NCBI GenBank assembly: GCA_028023455.1 | Contig: JAQFVV010000007.1 | Coordinates: 13,888,001-13,952,000 of the forward strand | Length of the DNA stretch: 64,000 nucleotides | DNA from: Epiperipatus broadwayi | Taxonomy: Eukaryota > Animalia > Onychophora | Direction of reading: 5' to 3' | Shown: positions 37,227-48,321 of the stretch, one piece after another | Layout of the letters: each line of letters begins with the position of its first letter | Position numbering within the stretch: position 1 is the first letter of the stretch | Made by a program: the position numbers and the translations under genes | Notes under the pieces: model-generated | Database searches by the model: none | Seen by the model: only the letters and a program-made list of their open reading frames with translations | Told to the model about the DNA's origin: nothing

Positions 37227-39824
37227 ATGCTGGAAAGTGATAATATAACCGATAAAACTAAAAATAAAGTAAGCCCCGATCTCAGCATTCAACCCAACAA
37301 TGCGGTCATCGGCCGTAAATTGTATAGCCTTAGATCTAATCTAAATGCATCTAAACCACCCATTACAACAAATAAAAACCCACAAATGAGTAAATCAAAA
37401 GAAAATTCCATTGCAAATATCAACAAAAGTTTAGAAAATATTCAACTTACCCCTAATACAAACAATAGAATAAATATCTCGTCAAGCGAAACTATTGATA
37501 CAAGCGAAACCAATCATTACCTCTCCGAAGCCTTTACTCAACCACAGAAGATTATAATGAGCAATTTCCTTTGCCCAACAATTCAATTAAAACTATATCT
37601 GGAAATAAACAAAATTACCAACAAAATGATACCGACTAAATTTTTAAAGTAAAACATTTTTCCACCAGAGGTTGACAAAACCAGTACTGTGTCAGTACCG
37701 TTTGTCAACAGTAAATTTAAAAATAAAAAAGAAGAAATAAATTATAAAACTGATAAATTTCATTCTAAAACAATCAAAGATTTTAGCTCAGAACAATCCA
37801 TTGCTACATCAGCTAACGTGCAAGCTAAACCAATTACCTCAATATCAATATTGGAAAATCCCACTACGTACGCAAATATCGTAAGGTCAAAAAATTCTGA
37901 GAGCATCTCTGAAAATATTAAGGCCGATAATCTCAACGAATTATATTTGAATCTCACAGAATTAGACATAGAAAAAGAATCAAACACGCAGGAAAATGTC
38001 TCTTTTAATATAAACAATATTAACGATGATATGTTCCTAGAAATAAACAATGAGTTCAACAAAACGATACCCAACTCTCTATATAAATCGCTTGCAAACT
38101 ATTACAGCTGATAAGTCTTTAATCTTAGCCATAACAAATCATCAATGTGCTTTATATAAATTCCCTGTAGAACAACTCTACAGTCTAATCAATCAAAAGC
38201 AATTAGGCAGAGGCATTCACATGATCCTTAATCATCCCAATGACCGCTATGTGATCGTAGAGTTTAAAACGTGGGCAGACCGAATGAATTTTAAAAATAA
38301 CTACAAATCTTTAGGAAATTATATACTATGCTCCATAGATATGAACCGTCCAGTTACACTATCTGGCAGAATTCAAAACTGCCTTGCCCACTTAAATGAA
38401 CAAGAAATACAAGACATCCTTATTAATTATGGTTCAGTTAGCAAATTTAAACACCTATTAAATCCTCACTTCAAGATCAAATCCTGTCCAATACAGTTAC
38501 CTTCACACTTACATTAAAGAAAAACATTATACCCACTGACATACCCACTATTATTACAGCAAGAGGCTCTCCTATGGTTTTGACATTCAGAGGAGTACAA
38601 CCACAATGTTTCTTCTGCCTTCAAAGAACACACCTCATTAAAGACTGTGCAGCAAGAATATGCACACACTGTGGTATTAAAATGAATAAATTTCACAAAT
38701 GTCCTGGTAGACCTATTAACAAGTCCTTAAATAGACAATCATCACATAGGACTAATTCAAACAGCAACCTCACAAACCCAGATATTCAGATTCAAATAAA
38801 TCCTCCAACAAAACCTTCCACATCCAAAACTATATTTCAAAATGAAAATATTCAAGAAAGAACAAACGTCAACCTTTACACTAATAGTAGTAAATCAGAG
38901 AACCAAACAACAACAAATACTGCTCCTAAACCAATCACGCAAACTAATAATACTCAAGATCAAACATTCGAAACAACTTATACTAATCCCCAAGAAATAA
39001 TATTAGGTCAAACTCTTTCTACAAAAGAAGATAATATGACCAAACCATCTAAAGAGAACAAGATAAACCCAGGCGATGAAGAAAATACACTCAAAAAATG
39101 TCAAAACAATTCTTCCAATATAACTCCTAACCAGCTTAAAACAACTGATAACAACCCTAAACAGAGTGAACCACAAACTATCTGCAATTCTTCAACTCCT
39201 GCAAGAATTAACCTACCAGACGAAAAGATCCATCAAACACCCAACCCGAAAGTCAGCATGATCGAAGATTCACAACTGTTACAGCAAACAGAGAATGTCT
39301 CAAGTCTAAAATTCGAACAAAAATCTTATGACAATAAAATAACACTACTATCAAAAGAACAGGAAAAGGAAAACAACACTAATCAACTTCAAAATCCTCA
39401 AAAAATTGACACAACAAATACCCAAAATACAATTAAGAAAATTAAAAGAAAATCAATTCGCTCAGATAAATCAAGCTCTGATGATGACAGCTCCCACCTG
39501 GTACTTTACTCACCACCCCCCTCTAACAAACAAATCTCCGATAAATCCAACTCAAAGCTTCACAAATCCATAGAAAAAAAGAGGAAAACCATGGATCTTA
39601 CAACCTTAGATACCATTGATTCTCCCAATGAATCTCAGACAGATTACTCTACTCCATCAGACACCGAAGACTTCATGGATGCGATTCCTCAACCAACAAA
39701 TATATCACCAAGCCATCTACAAGTTCAATCACAAGTCTCTGACTGCCTAACAACATCAGACCTCATTAATATAGAGATGTCCCACATTCACTTGGATCAC
39801 TTTGCTGAGGACGGTTTGGATTAA
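37227..39824 (+). pseudogene. LINE ORF1 (gag-like nucleic acid-binding protein), disrupted
   Basis: Four ORF-track pieces join into one about 865-codon reading: in-frame TAA at 37650-37652, +1 shift near 38050-38108, -1 shift near 38478-38484 (restoring ...NTVTFTLTLKKNIIPTDIPTIITARGSPMVLTFRGVQPQC). Contains TYANIV, DILINYGSV, CFFCLQRTHLIKDC (CX2CX4HX4C) and a second knuckle CTHCGIKMNKFHKC with H>N. Confidence 0.85.
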
Positions 39825-39830
39825 TCTATC

Positions 39831-42800
39831 ATGTTCTGCAAAATAGCTGGCATAAACATTCGCGGCATCAACTCAATCGATAGAGTTCTTGCTATTAAAA
39901 ACTGGCTCTCACTCTGCTCCCCACATATACTTCTTATGGGCGAAACCAAACATCACTATAAGACTGACCATAAAATAATATCTCTTCTCTCCTCTCTCGG
40001 ATTTACTAGATTTTCCATCGGCCATTCAGCTTCAGGTGGAGTCGGTATTCTTCTTAGCAAATCAGCACCACCAAAAAGTTTCAACATTCTATTCCTAGAT
40101 GCCAATATTATTATTATAGAAATAGATTATTGGGGTTATCCGATCATCATAGCTTATATTTATACAGCCAAAGACACCTCTCAATATCTAAAAATAGTTC
40201 ATATCCTAAATGCCATCAACGCTAGCAGAGCCTCCCCTACCATTCTTCTCGGAGACTTTAACACCACCTACAATGACTTCAACAAGAGATTTTTGCATCT
40301 AATAAATCGCAGATTAATGTGTGGAGAGGGCTTCTTCCCACCCGAAGCCTACTCTTTCTATACTAAAACTAAAAAGTCCCTAATTGATCTGGTTTACTAC
40401 ACCCCAGACCTCCATTTCAACCTTGATGCAGCCTTAACCCCTGTTGCTTTCTCCGATCATATGGCTCTGATCTTACAACTCACGCCTATCTCAATCCCTA
40501 CACCTATAGATGGACCTGGAAAAACCATGCGCATGATCACCCAATCAAACATGACCGAAGCGATAGTGTCTGAGTCATACATCTATTTCCAGAAAATAAA
40601 CATCCTTTCCCTCCCTGCTGAGGAGGGCTGGTTTTCCTTCATCGGAATTCTTCAGTCCATATTAAATCACCACACCAGGAAAATCAAAGGACCAAATGGT
40701 CTTCTAAATGACCTAACAGACATTAATATACAACTTCAAGCATCACAGCAAAATTTCACAAATACAGAAAAAATTATCTTCCTTAAAAACCTCTACAAAA
40801 TCAAGCAAAAATCCCTTGCAGAATATATTTCCATCAGAAGAGCCAAATGCTTCTTAGCACAACAACACTGCTGGACGAGAGACTACCTCAGATGGGCACT
40901 GGGTTACAATAAAAAACAAATCACTCCCACATCCATTTATACTAATGGTACCAATCTCATTGGCTATCCAATGATGCAGCACATCAGCAAACAATTCTGC
41001 CAATTAATGCAAAAAGATGGAGCCCCTCCAGTAAACAGCTGGTTGGATGCTGGAGACCCCAGCGAACATGGCATCACAGAAATCCAAATTAAAAAGAAGA
41101 TATCATCACTCCCTGACAGCATTCATCCTGGCCTTCACGGCATCCCAAATTTCCTTCTCAAACACCTCAGTCAATTCACTGTTCCAATTATTAAAAAAAT
41201 GATAGATCACCTAGCTTCCGGCTACAGAAACATAGCAGATCTTTACCCTGTGGCACTTGTGCCTTTTATTAAAAAAGCAAAACCACTAAACGACATTAAC
41301 AGTATCCGACCAATATCCATGACCCCACTGCTTATCAAGATTATAGAGTCAGTCATTAAGGACCAAATCCAACCTCAAATTCTTAGCAATATCTCGCCAA
41401 ACCAATACGGAAAAAAGGGATCATCAACCTCGCATGCTATGTCCAATATAACTGCACTGTTCAATCATATCAGAGTACATCGTAAATCCAAACCTATTGC
41501 CGTCCAACTGGATGTTGCAGCAGCATTCGATTCAGTACAGATCAACACCCTTCTGGATATTCTGATGGAATACGACATTCCAGCTGCAATTGTTCAGATT
41601 ATCAGCAATCTGCTCAACAACAGAGAGATTTTCTCTCTCTTGATGGCAAGATCACTCCAGGTTTCAAGCCATACAAGTCGATCCCTCAAGGATCTCCGCT
41701 CAGTGCCCTTTTCTTCACAGCATACATCAACCCTCTTCTGGTGGATATAGAAAAAAACCTCCCTGGAATATTCCTTCCTTCTCTCAATAAAGATTTCAAT
41801 GTATTCGCATACATAGATGACATCATGGTTGTGCTTCCCACCATTAAATACCTTCCCCATCTCATGAACATCTTAAACAGAAATACAGTGAAACTTGGCC
41901 TACAAATAAATTTTAACAAATCTTCCATCTGGAAGATAATGTCTGGTAAACAAATCAACTCTTCCTTTTCTGCTAAACCACAAAGATACCTTGGCTTCCC
42001 AATCTTCAAACCTCCAACTGCAATGGCAAGAATGATTCAAGATGCAATCCTCCAATCAACTGAAGCCATCACCACTTCACTCTCTAGAGTATACCTTTCA
42101 TTATATGGAAAGGTTAGCCTCCTCAACATGATCATAATGCCAAAAATCTCATATTATCTTCCATTCATTAAAATCACTAAACAGTTTCAAAATAAAATTA
42201 ACCGATTATGCACCAAACTTCTCTGGAGAGGAAGGACTGTTGCCATTAGCTTGCGAGGTATCCAACGACCACGCAGGTTCAATGGACTGTCATTCCACTC
42301 AATACAGGCAATCATTTTACAAAAAACTCACAATATTCTACATAATCTGATCCTCTCCTATGGATACTCCAACATTATGAAAAAAATTACACCAACTGAT
42401 TGTCCCCCGCCTTTTTCCAGTTCATGGATATCATTGCTAATAGATCATCTACAACTTTATAACCCGACGATGTCCTCTAACCTTAACCAAAAAATCACTT
42501 TGTGGGAAGCATACAATCTAATCAACTATAATCAACAACCCATTAAAACCAGCCTAAAAATAACCAACCAAAGACTCATTACACACTTCAAAAGATGGAG
42601 CCTTGAACCCAAATTCCTGGACTTCATCATTAAAATTAATCTTGATGCGCTTCCCACAAATTGGTTTCTTTATCACCGAAGAGGTTTTACTAGCATTGAC
42701 CCTATATGTGGTTTATGTGCTCGTGAAGATGAAACCACAGACCATATTATACACCGCTGTCCAAGACTTAAAATACTGAAAGATATAATCATAATCAATT

Positions 42801-43057
42801 CTTACATAAGATCTGAAATGATTTTCTCACTTGAAAATGCCATTAATAGTGGAACTTTTTCAATAATAAGGCTCTCTATCTTTGTCCTTTATTCCATATG
42901 GATAGTGAGATGCAAAACTCTCATGGAATTACCCCCGCCACAAATCATACCATTGTTTTACCAGACTCTCAAAAAAATCAAGAAACGTGATCAGCTCCTT
43001 GCCTCCAGTAAAGTCTTTGACGACACCTGGTCTCTAACCGCTCTATCCTTTTCCTGA
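39831..43057 (+). pseudogene. LINE ORF2 (APE endonuclease - reverse transcriptase - CCHC zinc finger), one frameshift
   Basis: APE motifs NIRG, MGETK, GGVGIL, LGDFN, SLIDLV, SDH. RT motifs PGLHGIP, RPISM, NQYG, LDVAAAFDSV; after a shift at the (CT)n run 41631-41642, PQGSPLS (41684) and FAYIDD. C-terminal CGLCAREDETTDHIIHRC. Confidence 0.95.
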
Positions 43058-43361
43058 TTGTCAACTCCCACCTACCCAGAATTCTAGAATAGACAATATT
43101 AAAAAGAAAATAGTCGTGTTATTAAAAAAAAAAAAAAAAAGCTAATAACATTCATCAAGTTCTCAGTTTCTCATATTCTACACAAACCCTTCATTATACC
43201 TAACCACATAAGTGTATAACAACTACTAACTAACATATTCTAGCCATATGTTAATCAGAACTTTTTATAATATTATTGTACAATTTATTCATTAACTTAT
43301 CCATTATCAAAATGTAATCACTATTTATTACTAATAAAATTTTTTGTTGAAATGAAAGACA

Positions 43362-43420
43362 AATGACCCCCAAGATGTATTTTGCGCTGAACCAGAACTC
43401 ATCAGTTGGTCCAGGTCACT
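43362..43420 (-). ncRNA. Type I hammerhead ribozyme motif, family H1
   Basis: AGUGACC-UGGA-CCAA-CUGAUGA-GUUCUG-GUU-CAGCGC-AAAA-UACA-U-C-UUGG-G-GGUCAUU. Full stem I with internal loop, intact CUGAUGA, AUC triplet; G12>A in a CpG context. Confidence 0.85.
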
Positions 43421-43591
43421 ATCTCTCATAAATGATTAATAATAGTTATTACTATATTTATCTAAAATGAATGGCATCAAGGATGTGGGGTGAGTTAATT
43501 TGGCACTTGTAATTCAAAATGTAACATTACAATACTAGTCCAAAAAAATTTTTTTTTTTGCTAATATTCTTCCATAACTATGATTTCATCT

Positions 43592-43705
43592 GCGTCAAGC
43601 ATTGGTGGTCGAGAGGTCAGTGACAGCTGCTTTACAAGCAGTTGTCACGGGTTAGCGGGTTTGCTTCCCGGATGATGCTATGACACATGAGAAAAAAAAA
43701 CAAAA
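43592..43705 (+). mobile_element. Short tRNA-derived SINE (copy 1) with A-rich tail and 16-bp TSD
   Basis: GCATTGGTGGTCGAGAGGT...GGGTTTGCTTCCCGGATGATGC resembles tRNA-Gly ends (A-box and B-box-like). Tail GAAAAAAAAACAAAAAA. TSD aactatgatttcatct at 43576-43591 and 43706-43721. Confidence 0.9.
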
Positions 43706-44777
43706 AACTATGATTTCATCTATTAACTTCACATGAAGAAGGTCTATTATTTAATAAACGAAACCATGGCTGTGGAAGAATTTTAGTAAAAAAAATTTGG
43801 CTACATTGTAATGCTATATGGATTTTTATTTATAAGCAATAAATTCTAAAAAAAAAAAAAACATTAAACAAATATAAAAGAACAACATAAAATAAAAATA
43901 AAAAAACGTTCAAGACATGGTCAAAGATAGTGCATATTTTTTATAAAAGATTATACTTTCCGATATATATTAATACTATACTAGCTATCACATTCTGGAT
44001 TTTCTAAATATGTACAATTAAAAAAAAAAAACCTGGAAACAATTTAATTCAAATTAAGAAGTGACATATAATTTCATGTATTTTTTATTAATTTTCTAAT
44101 TGATATGTTTTAATTCATACTGGCTAAAGATATTCGACCTAATATAAATCCAATACACATTTATTATCTTTACTGTTGTACTTCAAAGAAAGAAACAACT
44201 TCTAATAGTAACACAATTAACAAACTGGCTTAGGATTTGTACAATTTTACGTTTAATATCAAAACTTTTGCAATTTCTCTTTTAATAACAATAGCGTTTA
44301 ATCGTAAACTTTTTTTATGTTCTAATAAAACCAGATAAAAGCAATAATATAGGTCATAACTCGTCCTTCATTTACTGAACAGACATCCACTGTAATTGAT
44401 CTATAAATAAGTTTAACAATCTAAAAAAATAATTTTGCTATATATATAACCAACATCTTTAAATAACTTTTTGTAAAATAATAATTCCCGAGTATATCCA
44501 TAATATTGACAAATAATGTAGGAGTGGTAACAACTTAATAATAATAATTAGAAATAACTATTGGAAAAAATATGGATTTAATCTTTTAATTTTCCGAATA
44601 GGAATAACTATATACCTACTTTCTTAATATATTAAATAGAATAGCTAGCTAATTTAGCCATAAACACATTTTGATCTTACTTGAGAACATGAAATCCATA
44701 GTTTTAAATCATATTTGAACACCATGGTCCTGGTAGACTAATGCACCAAATATTGCTAAATTTGGATTATCTATCTA

Positions 44778-45656
44778 CATGTGTGAGTCGCAACTCATCT
44801 GTTCTCTGGCTTTAGAATTTATTTTAATAACTTTTCATTTTAAAAAATCATTTATTTACACAGTGTCCCTATTTTCAATAAACTTTGTCTATCTGTCTGC
44901 AAGCTTTCTTATTCTCTCTTTTAAAATATATTTTAGGCTGAGCTTCATAGCTGCAAATGGATTGTTACATTCCCCTTTATCAGGTATAAAAGTTTAACCT
45001 CTTGAAGCTTTTTTAGAGAATCTGATAAATGATAGTCAAACAAGGTTTTTCATTTTCATTAAAGTATCAGGTCAAATTAGATCTGCAGATGTCCGAATGC
45101 ATGTGCTTGATATCTTCCATCAGTTTTTCAATACCAAATCTCACACAAACTCTTTAAAACCCAAGTCTGTTGTGAATTGTTACATAAGCATATCCACAGA
45201 TGGAAAAGATTTGCCACATCATCCTCCATCACACATTTGTCCAACATAAACAGTTTATATGCATGCTCAATGTTGTTTTTAAGCTTGCATGTAGACAGCT
45301 ACACAACTCTGTTTTCATGCTTGACAGTTGTGTGACCTTCTATGAACTCTATTCATTCACATGTACTTCTTCATGAAAGAACACTTTCTCCAAGTAGAGC
45401 ACAAAGTTTTTGATAAATATAAGAAACATACACAACAAATCCTAAAAAAACAAAATCACTTCATGCTGCTCTTTGTTCAGGTTAATTACAAGTAGTTTAG
45501 TCATTGTTTCTCACTCTTCAGTTACATTTGAACTGATATAACATGATTGAATTACATGGTAGTGATTGGAAAAACACAAACCCTATACAAAAACAGCTGA
45601 CAGGACAATGTTGGCAACAGAAGTTTTAATATAGATGTATTGCAGACTCACTCTCA
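44778..45656 (-). mobile_element. Internally deleted mariner transposon with degenerate TIRs and TA target duplication
   Basis: N-terminal transposase EQRAA...IYQKLCALLGESVLS...TTDLGFK...LMEDIKH...ICRSNLT*YFNENE (45030-45478) joined to the C-terminus IRKLADR*TKFIEN (44870-44913). TIRs catgtgtgagtcgcaactcatct (44778-44800) and the reverse complement of 45633-45656, tgagagtgagtctgcaatacatct, each flanked by TA. Confidence 0.8.
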
Positions 45657-46180
45657 TATTATTTATTATTAGATGCCAAGAAGTTGTTCCTGATTTCTGA
45701 AGACCACACTATTGACTTTTTGATAATAATATTTGCACATCTCTGAATATTTTCTCTGCTTATTTTATAGTATCTCACACTTGATAAATCCTTGACTAGT
45801 GCTTACAATTAATTTTCCTTGCTCGTGATCTCTTTCTGTTTAACTGTAAAATAATGTCTAAAAGATACTCTGATGGTAGCAATAACTACCACCTCTGTTA
45901 TTGAAATAAACACCAATCAAAATTTCAGTATTATTATATTAATAACAAGCAGCCATATATGTGAATAAATTCAAAATTATATTCATATTTTTAACCAATA
46001 AAAATCTTGACTTTCTTAAACAATACGTGTGTACACATTAGTGTTAAATAATTAAATGACAAAAAATGTAAGGAAGCAATATAATTTTCTTCTACTTCTT
46101 CCTTTTCCTGTGTATTGATTTCTACTTTAACATATTATACCATTTACAATTCTCTTAAGTGCTTTATCAATACTCTTTAT

Positions 46181-46298
46181 TTATGTCAAAACTAACAGTT
46201 TTGACCATCCTGCAGTCATTATCAGAGCTCAATAGGATTATAAAGAGCTCTGATGATGACTTCAGGACAGTTGAAAGAAACTTTTAGTTTTGATATAA
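46181..46298. repeat. About 50-bp inverted pair, each arm a hammerhead-like motif (family H3)
   Basis: Plus arm: GAGCU-CUGAUGA(46250-46256)-U-GAC-UUCAGGACA-GUU-GAAA...U-U-AGUUUU. Minus arm: GAGCU-CUGAUAA-U-GAC-UGCAGGAUG-GUC-AAAA-CUG-U-U-AGUUUU. The arm cores match at 20/22. Confidence 0.7.
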
Positions 46299-47907
46299 AT
46301 AAAAAGTATTAATACAGTGTTTAAGAGAGTTGTAAATGGTATAATAAAAAACTTACAGTTTTAGTGTATACTTTAATTATTTGAAAGGTAAACAGAAATT
46401 TATATCTTGAGTATTTTGGCAACAGAACAAAAATTTTATTTATGTTTGACTGAAATTATGTATTGACATCACATACGATCAGAGAACTAAATAGTAATGA
46501 TTTTATAATTATTATATAACACATCCAAATCATAAGCTAAATAAAGCAGTTTATTTTACTATTTCATAAAACTTTTTATTACTTATTTAATTTTATTACA
46601 CTATCATTGATCTTCACTTAATTAAAATGGATTTATGCAATTGTTTTAGTGAGAACTTTTTTGAAAAACATATGGCTCATATATTATTAAATTGCAAACT
46701 TTATAGGGTCTGGTTAACCATTTTGATGGTATTTGTTGTTTTATGGCAAAATTATAAACAAAACATCTCAAGTGTTAATATTTTTTGTGCAAATAAGTTA
46801 AGAAAGGAGTTAAATGTTATCCAAAAGAAATCTTACCACTTACCGAAATTCAAAATTTAAAAAAAAGAAGAATAACGTTTTAATTAATATAAACTTTAAG
46901 TTACTCCAGTACATTAAATACACTTTGAATAAAAAAATATTTATTGTTTGTGTTGTTATAATTATAAGATTGCTACGTGTTCAAATCAGAAGAAAATAAA
47001 ACAAGAATAAAAGTAGATTTGAATGTTCCAGAAAATTTTTTCATGGTAATATTTAAATGAATATTTATATTCTTCCTTTCTGTTCTCTTCAATGTTTTTA
47101 AAATCAAAAACTGTTTCATTTGATAAATGTTTATTCAATTTAAGCAATTGTTCTTTCTTGAAAGTTATTTACAGTTGTAACTGGTTAAAAACAGTGATAA
47201 CATTGAATAGCAGCTTCAGACGTGTTCTGAACAGATCTGCATTTAATTGGTCAGTTTATGCATTAAAATGAGGAGCTAAAGTTGATGTTGTACTCAAACC
47301 ACCACAACTTTATTAAAGGGTCTATCATTTATTTGAAGTTTTAGACATTTCACTTGTGAAGTTTTAAGTATAACAAATTTAATTCCTTTATCACTTTATT
47401 ATTTCACAAATGATTAATATATTTTCATCATTTCAACTTACTTACTTCATCTTTGAAATTATTGTTTTTTTCTTTCTAATTTATATCTCAGAATTTCTTA
47501 TTAACTTTCCTAATAATAAAAATGTTTTCAGCATTAATCTATTCTCCAAACAACAATTTCAACTATTACATCTCATGATAATTGGTCCATAAACATCTAC
47601 TTTTATTGAAAGCTTGTATATCTATCAGCAACACTTTTCTAATGTCTTTTCATTGTTTCTATTTCCAGATGACCACTTCATCATTACTTTTGTTACAGCC
47701 AATCATGTGATACATCTCTTCATTACTTTCTTCTCAATTATTGTTTTTAATCTTTTATTTGTTCCACTTAAACAAATATTTCTTAATAAAGTTGTTCCAC
47801 AAAAAATCTTTTACTTATTTTTTGGTTCTTTTTAATTTTGGAAAAAAAATATTTGTTTATATATATAAATATACAAAGCATGTCATATTGTAATTGTTAC
47901 AATATAT

Positions 47908-48321
47908 TCTTGCCAATCATATGCCCATAAGTAAGAATTCAAACTCAGTCCAGTTGACAAAACTTCTTATTTATACTCTTGCACTTGATTGAGAATACAA
48001 ATTTAGTCCCAGTTTTAACATGTTTTTTAGTTCCATGAACATTATTTGGGATTCAAATTAAGTTCAGGTCATAACATCAACTTACCAATCCCATGTCCAT
48101 GGTTTAGAATTTAAATTCAGTGCATGTTAGATCATATTTTTCCAATGCTATGCACAAGACTGAGGATACAAATTCAGTCCAGGTTATATCATTTTTTTCT
48201 AATTCTATGCATGCCACAGAGATTAACATTTAGACAAGTCTATAACATCTTCTTGTCAATCCTATACACAAATATCTTCTACCAATTTATGCCTACAGTT
48301 GAGAATTCAAATCCAGTTCAG
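47908..48321. repeat. Degenerate about 57-bp minisatellite (about 7 units)
   Basis: The motif (g/a)(g/a)att/ac aaa(t/c)tcagtccag recurs at 47935, 47993, 48049, 48107, 48164, 48220 and 48303. Confidence 0.7.

Larger units (their letters stand above)
37088..43140 (+). mobile_element. Near full-length L1/Tx1-clade LINE (non-LTR retrotransposon)
   Basis: GC/CpG-richer 5' UTR, ORF1 with CCHC knuckle, ORF2 with APE, RT and C-terminal zinc finger, 66-nt 3' UTR with ATTAAA (43098-43103) and an A17 tail (43124-43140). The 5' boundary is inferred from composition and a 17-bp flanking repeat. Confidence 0.95.

Noticed and set aside
41625-41650. Programmed -1 ribosomal frameshift inside ORF2
   Set aside because: It falls in the middle of the RT domain at a (CT)n run with no canonical X XXY YYZ heptamer. 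Slippage mutation or sequencing error is more parsimonious.
37760-42009. Minus-strand ORFs 37760-38074, 38514-38696, 41594-41860 and 41686-42009
   Set aside because: Antisense shadows of the LINE ORFs with no recognisable domains.
43141-43160. A TSD directly abutting the LINE poly(A)
   Set aside because: I found no match to gctaataacattc upstream of the 5' UTR; only the offset 17-mer matches.
43599-43678. Genuine tRNA gene (Val-TAC or Gly) at either SINE copy
   Set aside because: The anticodon stem is 11-13 bp, the T-loop deviates from TTCGA, the two copies disagree on the anticodon, and both have A tails and TSDs, so these are retroposed SINEs.
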